Shown here one piece after another: positions 12,451 to 26,611 of a stretch of 64,000 nucleotides of DNA (the stretch's first letter is position 1; each line of letters begins with the position of its first letter). The notes below the pieces were generated by a model. That model saw nothing but the letters and a program-made list of their open reading frames with translations, was not told the origin of the DNA and did not search any database. A program made the position numbers and the translations under genes. The DNA lies in assembly GCF_009914755.1 (NCBI RefSeq), contig NC_060925.1; one strand, given 5' to 3'. This stretch comes from the human T2T-CHM13v2.0 reference genome, Homo sapiens.

Positions 12451-13603
12451 TGTACCAGAGGCAGAATTAAACCCAGGGTAGCTCCTATCTACTTTGCAGT
12501 TTTTAGGGGCTGGAATTGTCTATTAGAGTGGGAGCATGCAGAAACTTGGAGTCCAAGTGAAGGAGTTAGGATTTTATTCCATAGGCAATGGGGAGCCTCT
12601 AAAAGTTGCGAGCAGGAGAACACAGTGGGCAACTCCTACTCATTCAAGTCTCATGTAAGGCACTGCTTTCCCAATCCTCCTGGCTTCTTCCCCATCTGGA
12701 ACAAGTACCTCTCTCTGCTTACTTCTGTTTTGGTGCTTATCATATTCTATCTTATCATAACTACTTACTGGTCTGCCTCTCCCACTAAACCTCATCTTTT
12801 TCAATACAAGGACTATGCCTTTCCATCATTGTATCTTCGGCTGATAGCTGGGCTGGAGCAATTCGAAACACTTCATCCCCATTTAGTGAAGGTAGTTATG
12901 CAGGCAATTACCTAACCATAAATACAGTGCATGGTGTAAATGAAAATTAGTGAAGAATTAGTTTAGCTTGGCCCATTCAGGAAATCCTTCCTAAAGGAAG
13001 TAAGATTGAAGGATGAGTGAGTTTCCATTGTAGAGAAAAGGGCTATCAAGACATTTTAGGCTAAAGGAACAGCATAGACACAGGCATGGAGGTGTGCCGT
13101 TCCATTGTATTTTCAGATTGGAGCAGCTAGAGTAAAAAATGAGTTGAGCAGAAGAAAGAAAGCCATTATTCTTCCCAGGAGCCTTCAAAGGTTTAGGGAC
13201 TTCAAAGCCTTCTTTCAATGAAGTAATGAAGAATCTCAATTGCCTTTTCAAGGCAATAAGAGAGGAGGAAATATTTTGGTGTAGGGAACCCTTCGGTGGA
13301 TTTCAGATCATATCACCTTGCACTTTCTTGTCTGCATGTGCCTACACTCCTTGTCATGAAGGCCTTTCTGTCCATCCATCACCAATTACAGAGCCATTAG
13401 AACTTTCATCTAAGAATTCCAATAGTACATTAACATCAACACAATCATCTTCCTAGCATCAACATGAAAATTTGTGTGTTAGCAGCCTCTCTATAAAATC
13501 TCTTCCATCCATTTCTTTCCCTGCACAAGACCCCAGTCTTCATGTCTTCCTCTTTCTTTGAAACATTGCTTGGATTCTCTGAGATTTAGTTTCAGCACCA
13601 ATT

Positions 13604-13918
13604 TAGGTCTACAATCCTTACAAAATCCTCTGACCAAGTATACTTTGGAATTCAAATTTTTTCCAGTTTTAGAAAGGTAATATATTACAAATTCTGTATA
13701 CGTAAATCCTAGTGTGGTCTGAGACAGCATGCTGTGATCAAACATGTTACCATTTCTATAGTAAAACATATTAATGTTCATATAATGCAAGATAAATAAA
13801 GACCATAAATTGTCTCATGTTGGTTCAGGCAGGCTTTTGAAACCAAAAAAGTTATGAAAAATTAGTGGGTTTCAGAGCTTATTGGATTTTGGAATTGTGG
13901 GTAACGAGATCATGAACT
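13604..13918. mobile_element. MER46C (TcMar-Tigger) DNA transposon
   Basis: Follows the recalled consensus along its length: aggtctacaatcctt...ttttagaaaggtaata...gataaataaagac...tttcagagcttt...ggattttggaattgtgg. Confidence 0.8.
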
Positions 13919-14475
13919 TTTCCCTAACCACTTCCTCACATTTTCTTAAGAAGGAAGAAGAAAAAGCAAAACAATTATTCAGCTCCAGGCATAATCAATG
14001 GTAGCTGGACTGATAGTTATTCCCTGGTTCAGCATGTTGTCTTCTGCTACTTAGATTTTTGCAATCATTTTCTAACTGGTAACCCAGCCTCACACAAAAA
14101 TGTTGCAGGGATCTGATGGCTCTAAAATACAATTCCAGTCTAAAATGTCACTCCATTTAAAAAAATAATATAGTGTTTCACAAGTATCTATCAGTTAAAG
14201 TGCTAATTCCTTCACCTCCTTGATCTGGTCCCAAACCGCCACCACACAGCTTTATGTTGCAGTCACGTAGAACTCCTGGGCTCCCTCTAGTGTGGGCCTT
14301 GTTTTCCTGCATCCCATCACAGCCCATGCTTCACCTGCCATCTGGCATGTCCAGAATGTCATAGCACGAAATCTACTGTCCGAATTTTACTCATTCTTCT
14401 AGGCACAGCTTACATGCTTCCACCATCAATGGCCCCTTCAAAGCTTAACCTCTTTCTCCTCAGACCTCTTCTGGC

Positions 14476-14620
14476 AATTGTTCTTAATCCTGGCTGTGCA
14501 TGGGAATATCCTGGGGACTCCTGAGCCTGCCCCACTGAAATAGAAGCTCCGAGGAGTCCATATTTTATAAATAACCTTGAGTGCTTACTGTGAGGCCAGC
14601 TCAGCACCTGGTCCAAGGAA
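14476..14620. mobile_element. MER5-type hAT-Charlie fragment
   Basis: gttcttaatcctggctgtgcatgggaat...cctgggga, a MER5A-like terminus. Confidence 0.5.
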
Positions 14621-14976
14621 CGGATTTGAAAACATGTCTTACAGCACTTCATCTGCAAATCTCTTTTGGTCTTATGCCCTTTGCCACTTTCCATATCCTA
14701 CTACAATTATTCAAGTAGATGCTTCATCTGCCCTATATTCCATGAACTCCTTGAGGTCAGGTAGAAATACATGCTCACCTTTGTGGAGCCTACAGTTTCA
14801 AGCATGAAAATTTGCTCCTAGTAATACTCAATAAGTATTTACCAAACTAACAGCAAATGAAATGAGTGAATATATTTCTGGAGTAATAACCTCCTGAGGG
14901 GATGATCTTTTAAAAGGCTTTCTTTGAGAACTACAAATTAATTTCATGCCAATGATGCATCTAAAGCGCAGGTTCA

Positions 14977-15313
<337 letters not shown>

Positions 15314-16147
15314 TCACGCCACTCCTCTGCTTAAAATCTTTCAATGGCTCCTTGTTACCTTATTGGTAAATCATACATTCCTTAGCCAAACACATAAGGT
15401 CTTCTCTGATCTTTTCCTGTCTACAGCTCCAGCTTCATTTCCCACCACTTCCTGCCTCTAACTCACCCCTGCAGTAAAACTGAACTTGCCTCTGTGCATC
15501 TGCTGTTGCCCCTGCCCGGAATGCCCTTCCTGCTTTTCTTTGCCTGGCTAAATGTATTCATCTTTTGAGATTTTTTAGCTGAGTTACCAATCCCTCCGAG
15601 CAGCTTTTTCCAGTTCTTAGGTTGGGCCAACTGTCTGTACTTGCTCCATTTTAGTACCTTCTGCTTCCCTCTGTCTTTCCACTTATCTAATTTTGTTGAT
15701 TAAAGTGATTTACATACGTGTCTGCTTTACCACACCCCACTCGCACATGTAGATCAGATTTTCTTTTCACTTGTGCTTCTGTCACTGTGTCTAGGCACAC
15801 AGAGAGTAGATGGACGATACGTGTCCTTTTGAATTAAACTGAGAAGATTAGAAAGCATTTGTTGTATATTTGTGGGTAGGGTAACTGGGGAAAAATTGGG
15901 AGTAATTCTTGATAAAAGAAAATGAAAGGTGCTTATTATGTTAATGCATTTCCAGGCACTGCACATAGCAGCTTGTGTATGTTGTCGTGTATGTTGTCTC
16001 AATTACCATAATCCTTACAACTGGCTTCTGAGCTGTGCCCCCTGAAGATGACAAAAGTCAGGATCAGAGCTTTCTGAAGCTTACCAGGACACATAGCAAA
16101 TGGGTGCTAAGCCAAGATCTGAACCCAGCCCTGACACCAAAGCCTGT

Positions 16148-16509
16148 TGATATGGTTTGGCTGTGTCCTCACCAAAATCTCATCTTGAATTCCCACATGT
16201 TGTGGGAGGTACCCAGTGGGAGGTAATTGAATCACGGGGGCAAATCTTTCCTGTGCTGCTCTCATGATAGTGAATAAGTCTCAAGAGATCTGATGGTTTT
16301 ATAAAGGTGTGCTCCCCTGCATAAATTCTCTCTCTCTTTGCCTGCTGCCATCCATGTAAGATGTGACTTGCTCCTCCTTGCCTTCTGCCATGATTGTGAG
16401 GCCTCCCCAGCCATATGGAACTGTAAGTCCATTAAACCCCTTTTGCTGTATAAATTACCCAGTCTTTATCAGCATGTCTTTATCAGCAGCATGAAAATGG
16501 ACTAATACA
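16148..16509 (+). mobile_element. THE1 (THE1B/C-like) solo MaLR LTR
   Basis: tgatatggtttggctgtgtc...ggactaataca; TSD cctgt/tctgt. Confidence 0.93.
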
Positions 16510-16869
16510 TCTGTGGTGTTTTAAAATCAACTCTATGCTATACGACATGCCTTTTCCTTAATAACAGTGTTTCCTCTCATCTTTTCCAGACTCATCCAAC
16601 AATTATTTGTTGTATTCCTATTACAGGTAACATAAATGCATGAGGCAGACACAGGCCTTGCTGTCCTGGGGTTCAGAGTCTCATGGAAAAGATGGACACA
16701 TAAACAGACGATGACAACACCTTGAGGTCCCTGCTGTGATGGAGCAGCACCAGAGGCAGGACAGGGAACACCTAACCAGACTGGGGACAGAGAGAACTTT
16801 CCAGAGAAAGTGAGACAGACATAAAGAACAAATAGGAACTTGGCTGTCAAAAGGGGGAATGAGATTATA

Positions 16870-16916
16870 TTAGGTTGGTGCAAAGTAATTGTGGTTTTTG
16901 CCATTGAAAGTAATGG
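16870..16916. mobile_element. Truncated MADE1 (Hsmar1 mariner MITE), one TIR only
   Basis: ttaggttggtgcaaagtaattgtggtttttgccattgaaagtaatgg, preceded by TA. Confidence 0.9.
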
Positions 16917-19599
16917 TAGAGGAGATGGCATTTCAAAGACCTGAACCTGAGAGAGTCTGGCATGTGTGGGTTTCTGGAGTGGGGAGTGTGGCTGAAATGT
17001 GAGATGAGAAGGAGAAATAGGGCTAGGGTGGCCCCTTGAAAGGTCTCACAGGCCACTAGAAACAAACTTAACAACACAAATTTACATATTTATGGTTCAA
17101 AATTCCTTCACAGAATATACTGGGAGATCATGAATATCAAAATGATATTTTGCAACCTTCAAATCCCCTCACTCAAGGCACAGGCCTATAGAGAACCCCC
17201 AAAGCAAAGTGAAAAACAAAGGGAGATAACTATTCATTGCAAACAAATGGGGTTTATGATGTCTTTTAGGAAATCAGCCAAAACCAAAAAATGCTATGGG
17301 TTGATATTGCTTCAAGATACTAAAACTTAAGCAACATTTAACTGCATTTTGTGGTGAGGGTAAGGGTTTCAGAGGAAAAATTGGGCCATATATACCCTCA
17401 GGTGCCAAGTTCAAAATATAGCTTTCAGCAAAAGGCTCAAGTTTAACTTAGTTGGCAGCCTGGGGATCACGGCCTGAAGTCAGAATTTATGATCTCTGCA
17501 AACATGCCAAGTCCTCCAACAACCCAATTACAGCCCATCCCTGATTACATGCCCCACACTCACTCAGCATTGCAACTTGGGCCTAGAACAGGAGGCTTCA
17601 CTAGAAACTGCCTGCCAGGGAGCTGGAAAAACCGACCACAGAGCGTCCTTATTTGAAAGGGTTTCCTGCTCTCCCTGCTGCCCTCTCCTGCTGCAGACAG
17701 AACAGTCACTCAGTGTCTTTTAGGTTTATGACAGTTTTATTTAAAGTGCAATTTAATGAAAACTGAAAAAAGAAGGGTTGAATAACCTCTGTGAGCCACT
17801 TTATTGCTTTTACTCCACAGCTATGATGTAAACTCCTCAGCCGATGTGGCCATTTTAATTTCTTAGATTTGTTTTCTATATTAGAGTCCCAGCTGCATGA
17901 AGAAACAGTAAAAGAAATCAGAGACACCATTCTAAATGCATCTGGGGCAGGTTTTACAGGTGTTAGATGTTTTTGCTTTTTAAAGAAGATAAAGGAGCCC
18001 CTGTCTGGTTTTCTGTCTATTCAGGACCCTATTTCTCCAATACTAGCAATGGAAGTCATTTTTAAGATCTGGAGTGCCAATCATTATCATCATGCTCATC
18101 ATTATTGCCTCTGCTACTTCTATGTCACCCATTACCACACCCCACTAATTACTGAGCTTGCACCACTGCAGTAGATGCAGTGCATCTCCACTTCAGAGAT
18201 AGAACCTCAGATTCTTCTAACAACCCAGCAAGATTGGTAAGCGTTGGAATTCCCGTTTTATAGATAAAGAAACTGAGGCTTGGAGAGAAAGTAAGTTTGG
18301 CTTAGGGATTGAAAACTATGCTCTGGACTTTGGAATCAGATATCTGTGTTTGGATCCCTGCCCTTTCATTTTCAGCTAGATGATTTTAACTTTCATTCCC
18401 ATCAATAAAATGGCAACAATAATAGTATTTACTGTATTGCCAATTAATTCAGACAATCCAAGTTAAGTGTGAATCACAGTACTTGGTAAATAGTATATTT
18501 TCTAGAAATGTGAGCTACTTATGATTATTATTGCCATCATTATTATTACTGGTGTTGTCAAAGTTTGCATTGTTGTCAAGAGGTAAGTTTGGATTTAACA
18601 ATGAGGTCAGATTCCAATACTCAAGATTGTTTTACTATACCACACTGGGTTAGGCCCTTTTCATACATTATTTTGTTTACTCTGCCACTATACAGCATTA
18701 GAGAAGTGATGAACTCCATTTTACAGATGAAGAAATTAAAGCTGGAGGGGTCAAGTCAACTTACTTGACTAAGACCAAAGAGCTAGTAAATAGCAGAACT
18801 AGACCCACTGACCTTGATCCCCTAGCTCTTTCTAGTATACTCCTACAGCCTCAATTCTTGGCTGCAAGCAGTCAAGAAATGCAACTAAAGGGTGTTTGAA
18901 AGACCCTTTATCTGGGACAAAATGTTTTCAGCCAAAATTGATGCTTGACAGCCTTTCTGCTTTCTAAATATGTATTCTTCTAATCCACTCAGTAAACCTC
19001 AGGATCTTCTTTACTCCAAGAACTTACAAAGCCAGACCTTCTTGTGAGAAAGGTTTACAGCAGCAATTAGTTACACACCAATACCTGACAAAGACTCCTG
19101 GCACCAGCTCCCAATTTCCTTCACCTTGGGAGGTTGCCAGCTGTGAGGGGCCAGCAACACATTCTGCAGCCTAGCTGGTTTCTTAGGAAAGAAGCATCCT
19201 TGGCCCTTTGGAGGAAACCATGCACTGCTGGCTTTAAAGAGAAACTGTGTACTGTATGCTGTAATAGAAAAGCATTAACTAGGAGAGCACTGAGTAGATC
19301 TGTATTCTAAGGTCACGTTATATCTCATCTCCATCTGTGAAATGGATATGCTGGTTTACAGCAGAGATTTCACTAATGATCCTTGCATGGAGAAAAAGCC
19401 GAATGATGGTAATCTTTGTCTAGACTTCCTGCCTGCCTTCTTCATTCATTAGCTTAATCAATAAATATTAATCCTCTATATTAGATGTGAACCCAAGCTA
19501 CCAAGTTGTGCATCTATTATGTTGTTACACACACACATACACATATATAGATATAAATATAGCATACAATAGTTCTACATCACTATTCACATTGTGATC

Positions 19600-19666
19600 A
19601 CAGAGACCATTCACATTGGCCACCATGTGAACAGCACCTATTGGAGTTGTGCAACTCAGTGGCCCC
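19600..19666. mobile_element. MER91-like hAT-Tip100 fragment
   Basis: ccattcacat...atgtgaacagcacctattggagttgtgcaa...gtggccc. Confidence 0.6.
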
Positions 19667-20544
19667 ACTGCAGACTTCAGTGGTGACAGTGGTGAACAAA
19701 TGTTCTCTGCTCTCACAGAACTTCTAGGCAAATGGGTAACTTTAAAGGTCTACAGAGATCATTCGTTCAATTACTAGTTCAGTGCCAACTATGTACAAGG
19801 TATTCTTCTAGACATGTGAAAATGCACTGTAAATTGTAAAACATAATACAAGTATATTATTAACAGCTATTTTCCTCTTCTCTCTCCCTCTGAATTTTTT
19901 TTTCTCTACATCCAGTCTTACCTCTTCTAGTTCATCCACTTCACTAGATTTGCTCTTCCTTTATTCCCTCTTGGGTTTCCTAACATAGTGACCAGAGCAG
20001 AGAAGACACTGTGAATATTTGCTGAAGGAATGAATGCCTCCATGCTTTTGCACACATGTCACTCTCTTTCCAGAATGCTCTTACCCATGTTTATTGTCTG
20101 AAAAATATTTGTTTTACTTGACTCAACCCAGCTGCAAGTCCCCAAGGAAACTTTCCATCAGGGATGCAGTGAGGGGTGGCCACTCCCTGTGCTCCTAGAG
20201 CTCCTGTCCCTGCTCCATTGCAGTGTTTATTACACTCTAATTGTTTTTTTACATTTTTTCCCCTTCCTCCCTAGACTAGGAGCAACTTCAAGTGCAGCAA
20301 TAGGGTTAAGAACATGGGCTTTGGATTTAAAAGTCTTAAGGTGAAATCCTACCTCTCCGAATTCTGACTCTTTCACCTTTACAAAGCTATTTCACTTCTC
20401 TCTTTTCCTACCTCCTGATCAGTGAAATGGGGATACAGCTTTTCACATCCTAGGAATGCCATAGACATTAACCTTGGCCTGGTGCCTGACACAAAGCAAA
20501 CCCACGATAATGATATTTTGTTGAAGATAGTTGTGATATGGATA

Positions 20545-20630
20545 AAGAGAGAGGAGAGAAAGGAGGAGGAGGAAGGGGAGAAGGAAGAGAAAGAGGAGGG
20601 GGAAGAGGGAAAGAAGGAAGAAGAGGAAGA
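20545..20630 (+). repeat. GA-rich polypurine tract
   Basis: gagagaggagagaaaggaggaggaggaaggggagaagg...; explains the spurious Glu-rich ORF at 20422-20664. Confidence 0.9.
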
Positions 20631-21810
20631 CAGTGATTATCATGATGATCATGGTGATTTTTAGTGATGAAATGACTGTGGCAGAGTACATGTTCAGTAA
20701 ATATGTTCAGAATTAATCAACCTGATGGTTTCAGATGGAAAAATTGTATCAGTTCTGTTAGGTGGCATTTTAGTTTCCAGTAATAGAAATGCTCCAATTT
20801 TGCCTCCTTCTTCTGCACTCACAGACATGAACTCATTCCATGAAGTTTTCTTGGAGTTTTCACTCCAGTCTGTACCCCTTGGCTCTAGTCATTCTGTGAA
20901 ACTACCCTATGAAGTACCCTCTTCCCCTCACTCCCCTGTTTCCCACCGAGGCAGCTAACAATGCTAGTACAGAACAAGGGGCATGGGACCCACTCTGTAA
21001 ACATTTAGTTCTGCTCTGTTTAGACTTAGACTCAATTCACACACCCATTTTCCACTCTCTCCCAGAGGCTACCTTTTTCTCTCAGCAAAATCTGAAAGAT
21101 ATCAAAGAGAATTTTAGCAAGATTTTTCTTTAAATAAAGGGCTAAGGAAACCAAATGGAGATGGCCTTGAGTTGGTCATATGGGCACTGGGTCAGACTTT
21201 GTTACTTAGCTGAGAGATGCCAGTTTCATGTAAAGAGCCAGAATAATTGAAGGGCAAAATGCATCAGGCACTGCTGCCTGGAACGCACAGCTTAATGGAA
21301 CTTTAACAGAGATTTTTCTTTGGGTTAATTAACAAGAGGAAATAATAAGACTCTAATGTCAGGTGATGTTGTCATTTTTCTGATTTTTTGGAAGGGAGTT
21401 GTATTTGGAATACATTGCCCCTTTCCACGATCCTTCACATCCTCTGTGTTTCTCTATCACTGTATTTACCATCTTTTATTATCAATATCTGTTTACTTTT
21501 CTGTTTCTCAGTAGATGGTGAACTCCTTCAGTGGATATCATCATCATCAACAGCAACAGCAGCAAGAGCTAACACTCACTGAGCGCAGGTATGCACCGGG
21601 CATGATTCTAAATGTTCTCTATATATTAAATCATAGATGCTCTAGGGGAGGGACCGTCATCAGGCAGGTAGAATCAGAGAGGTCAAATAACTTGCCAAAG
21701 TTCACACAGCCAAAAAGTGGTAGCACTGGGATTCAAACCCAGAAGCTGAAGGTTTAAAGCACACATTCTATACGAGTTTCTCTCTCTCAGAAACTCTAGA
21801 ATAGTGGTAT

Positions 21811-22125
21811 TGTAACCAAGAAATTTAGCTTCAAAATGCATTTTAAAAGTTTTTCCTTTCTTGCTTTCAGCCTTGAAACACACTTTAAAACTTTCTTTCC
21901 CTCCCTTCCCACCTGACACTCCCTTGCACTGCCAGCTTATCTAATTATGTGCTTACTTAGAAATTCCAGGGGCTAATCTTGAAACAAACCAGCCCATGGC
22001 GACCCAGCTGTGAAATTCCAGAGATTACCTCCAGGCAGTTTGTCAACAACCCAGCCATTGTTGAGATGATGCCAGCCCTTGCTCCAGGTGGACCATGACT
22101 CAAGACAGTCACTGGAACAAGACAG
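21811..22125 (+). mobile_element. ERV LTR, 5' portion only, truncated abruptly (family uncertain; LTR47/LTR26-like)
   Basis: Begins tgtaacc and contains cttagaaattccaggggctaatcttgaaacaaacc; no LTR 3' end follows. Confidence 0.55.
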
Positions 22126-23416
22126 GGTTGTCACAGCAAGTACCACAGACTATGTGGCTCAAACAAGAGAAATGTATTGCCTTACACAGGCATGAGTGGC
22201 AAAGACCAAAGTCACCCAGAGGTCTTGAGACTCCCAATCCAATGCTATTTCGTCCAAACCACAACTTGGAGAAAAGGTTGTTGTAATGGACCAAACAAAC
22301 AAATAAACAAACAAACAAAAACAGCAGCAACATACACTTTTGGATGATTTTTTTAAAAGGGTGTGGAAGGTGGTTCTTCCCTGTTAATCTTTTAAAAGTT
22401 TAAGTGATAATGCTGCTTTGTTTTTCTACATCGACTTTTCAGTTGTTAAAAACCTTTCCTAACCATTTTTTTTTTCCTTTTTCTTTCTTGCCTAAGATCA
22501 CACTCTGGTCTTTGAGGTAAGCCATTGGCTAATTCATCAAAAGTGGAGGGTAGAGGGCTCAGAAAGTGGTTTGAATTCTGATGTCAGCTCTGCTACAAAT
22601 TTTGGATTGGAGAATTTTGATTATATCAACAACTATGAATATTAGTCTAGGATTTTATCCTTTTCATAGTACTTTCAAATACATTATTCTATATAATTTT
22701 GTAGACAAGTAGTTATTATTAGACACACTTAGAGATGGGAAATCTGAAACTCACAGAAGATAAGTGATTTGCTCAAGGTCATATTTCAAGTAGATGACAG
22801 ACCTAGACTCAAATTCAGGTTTCCAGTTTAAAGATTTTTTTAAAAACCTCTGTCCTATATGCCATTCACCATGACTATGGTAAAAAGAACCAAACTAACG
22901 GTTAGGAATGGGGACTCTGGAGTTAGACACAGTTTGAATTTGAATACTGATTCTACTCTATCTGTAAAATGGGGAAGATGATTAACAGTAACAATACCAT
23001 GAAGAGTAATAAGTAAAACCACCACTTTTTCCAGTATTATGATACAAAATTGCTTAATTATTATTTCTGAAGCACTTTATTTGTAACTTCTCTGTATTTA
23101 ATAGGTCCTAACAGAATGTTTCATTATTTTGATTAATCTTTAAAAATCTCCCCAGGGGCTTGTTATTTCAGGTTTTACAGATGTGAAAAGCTAAAACCCA
23201 GAAGTCAGTGATCAGGGAGGAACACTGACCATGGTCGCAGGATCATTTCTGTCCGTTTTCCATGCTGAGGGGCAATAAACACTTCTCAGATTTCTTCTCT
23301 TGGGAAAGGTCAAAATAACAACATGATATAAAACACTTCCCAGGTTGATGGGGGAAGAGTAGTGCACACAGTTATTTACATAAATTCTCTCATTTTATTT
23401 GCTGATACGGTTCACT

Positions 23417-24222
23417 TATTAGTTGCTAGGATTGTCACAGCAAGTACCACAGACTATGTGGCTTCAACAAGAGAAATGTATTGCCTTACAGTTCTAGAGG
23501 CAAAAGTCCAAGATCAAGATGCTAGCAGGGTTGGTTCTTTTCTGAGGGTTGTTGGGGAAGGATCTGTACCAGACCTCTCTCCTTGGCTTGTAGATGGCTG
23601 TCTTCATGTTCACATGGTGTCTTCCCTGTATCTTCACATTGTCTCACCACTGTGCATCTCTCCAGGCTCAAATTCCCCCATTTTATAAGGACATCAGTCA
23701 TACTGGATTAACCCTACTCATGAACTCACTTTAACTTGATGTATTAGTCCGTTCTTACGCTGCTAATAAAGACATACCTGAGACTGGGTAATTTATAAAG
23801 AAAAAGAGGCTTAATGGACTCCCAGTTCCACATGGCTGGGGAAGCCTCACAATCATGGTAGAAGGCAAAGGAGGAAGGGAAAAGGCATGTCCTACATGGC
23901 AGCAGGTAAGAGAGTGTGTGCAGGGAAACTGCCTTTTATAAAACCATCAGCTCTCATGAGACTTATTCACTATCACGAGAACATCACAGGAAAAACCCAC
24001 CCCCATGATTCAATTACCTCCTGCCAGGTCCCTCCCATGAAACATGAGGATTATGGGAGCTACAGTTCAAGATGAAATTTGGGTGGGAACACAGCCAAAA
24101 TATATCACTTGATCTCCTCTGTAAAGAACCTGTCTTCAAATAAGGTCACATTCTGAGGTGCTGGGGGTTAGGACTTCAACATGAGTTTGGGAGGGGTGGG
24201 TGACACAATTTGACCCATAAGA
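23417..24222 (-). mobile_element. MLT1 (MLT1B/C-like) MaLR LTR interrupted by a THE1 LTR
   Basis: attagttgctaggattgtcacagcaagtaccacagact...aaataaggtcacattctgagg...ttgacccata. Confidence 0.85.
23740..24107 (-). mobile_element. THE1 (THE1B-like) solo LTR nested in MLT1
   Basis: tgtattagtcc...tatatca with a perfect 5-bp TSD cttga (23735-23739 and 24108-24112). Confidence 0.95.
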
Positions 24223-26611
24223 GTCCACCTGTTATTACTATAAGTTATTGTTTGTAGAATTAACTGCACTTTGAGTTCATGGAGCTGTTCTAAGCTCTTT
24301 AAACATATTAATTTATTCAAACCTTGGTTGAATGTTAAGATATAGGTACTATTTTTTCCTTTATAAATGAGATAACTGGGACACAGACAAATTAATTAAC
24401 TTGCTCAACACTGAACAACTAGTAAACAGTGGAGCCAGAAATGTAAACCAGTCATGCTGGCTCAGAGTCTGTGCTCTTAAGCACCAGGATTTTCTGCCTC
24501 TGTGAGCAAGAAAAAATCCTTGCTCTCTGGGATCTCACAGTCTAGACCTGGGTCTGATCAAAGGGCCTAGGGTCTCTTGCAAGGCAGGGAAAGACCAACT
24601 GTGGCCAAGGGGTAGGGAAGGTTTCTCAAGGAGGTGTTGTCTGAGCTGAGTCATAAATGAAGTGATGTTCAGCACTCTGAAGAAGAGAATGTGCATGGAG
24701 ATGCAGCAGGCTAGGAAACTGGAACATGAGGGATGTGGTGCGGGTGAGGAGGCTCGAGTTAGAGTATACAGGGCAGGCACCAGAGTGCCTCGGCTTTATC
24801 ATCCAGGCCACAGAGCTTGGGCTGTACTCTGTGGGCAATGGGGAACAACTGGAGAAAATCTGGCAGTAGACTGACATGATCAGATTTTCCTTTTAGGACC
24901 ATTTCTCCCCAGGGGAAATGTGGGTGTGTGGTTTGGAGAAGGGAAGATTTGACTCAATGGGAAAGTAATGCCAGGCTAAATGCTGAAGTCAGCATTGCTG
25001 CATAAGGCTGGCTGAAAAGGACATCAGCCCTCCAGTAGTACAGGTCACTTAATGTGTCACTGTCAAGGACTAAACAACACAATTCAAGAGGACTCTGAGG
25101 TGCAGCATCTCAGCAAAGATGAACAGGATGTGCCCAGTCTTTTGGACTTGTGACTAATTGTGTGATCTTTCCTTTTCTCCTTCTCAGAAATTCTCCCAGA
25201 ACTCACAAAAAGCCTCACCCTAAATTATCTGAACTTAACCCAGGCCCAGTCTACTCTCCCAAGAACAAGCTAGTTAAGAGCAGACCATCCTTATAGTACA
25301 GATCCTCTCAGCAGGTCCACTTGTGTAGATGTTACCCTATCTTGTGACTTATTCCTTAAAAATGGAATTATTCATGAAAAACCCTCCAAAATTGCTCTTG
25401 AAGCCTACATGGGGTTTCACAGACATTTAGACCTGGGTTCTGTCAAAAATAAGCCAGGCGTGACCTTGGGAACATACTGCCATCCCAGAATGTCAGAGCA
25501 TGACAAGACCTCAGTGATATTTAGTTGGACCTCCCATCTTAGAGGTGAAGCCTCTCAGTGGCTCTCTTGGCTTACAGGATAAAGTATATATGGCATTGAA
25601 GGCCTTTCAATATCCAGATCCTATTTGCTTATTGGGATTCCACTCTGGATACTCTTTTTTTAAACTTTCTGCTCTAGTAGCACCTTGCTGCCAACTATCC
25701 GCAACTATCACCCTGCCATATTACCCATCTCTGCTGCTCCGCCCATGCTCTCCCTTCTGCCTTCTCCCCCTCCTTCACTCGAGCGTTCCCTGATGAAATG
25801 CCACTTCCTCCTCCTCTGACATTCAGCTAAGACACCAGCTTCTCTAAGGAGCCCAGGATGAACCCCACCCCTTGTCAAGCATCCATACTCAGTGCTTCCA
25901 TCAAAGCTTGTGCCTTCCTCCATCAATCTACTTTTCATCAAATATGAAAATTGTCTGTTTCCTTGACACTCTTCCCGGCAAAGCTGAACAACTAGATGGC
26001 ATCTAGGATAGGGCCCTTCTCAGAAATTCCAAGATAGGGCCTGAGAGTAGAGTCTACTGAGGAGATCTGACTCTGAGTTTACCCTCAAATTGAACAAGAA
26101 CATTCATGGAGCAGCCACTGTAAATGGGGCACACTGGATAAGTCATTATGAAGTGTGTTGGCATTTTCTGCCTCTGTGGCTCAAATTTCCCTGTAAAATG
26201 GGAGTTTCCAGACTGGTTGGTATTTGAGAACTCTCCCACCTCCTATATTTTATAATTCCATGACTTGTGCAAATCACTTATAAGAGGCAAAAGTAAACTT
26301 AAGTATACTTCAACTACAACTCCAATGCTCATTCATCAAAAATTCAAGCACCATTTTGTAAGCTCCCTGACTGGCCAGCTCTCCCAGCTCAAAAATGCTA
26401 CAATTATCCCTTGCAATGACTGTATAACTAAGTGAAAACCTACCTGGCTGAGGGCATGCACTAGGCTATACCTCTGATTTAGGAAAAGAAAAACCCATCA
26501 ACCTTTTTGGGTGTCTAAACTATACAATAAAACAAAATTCTATAGGGTTCACTTTAACCTTATGTCTATGGGAAGAGAATGACTTTTTAAATAACTACAC
26601 AGAAAGAAGGA

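Noticed and set aside
16870-16916. miR-548-family hairpin from MADE1
   Set aside because: Only one TIR is present, so the full stem cannot form.
20422-20691. Glu-rich and Leu/Phe-rich ORFs
   Set aside because: Artefacts of the GA-rich low-complexity tract.
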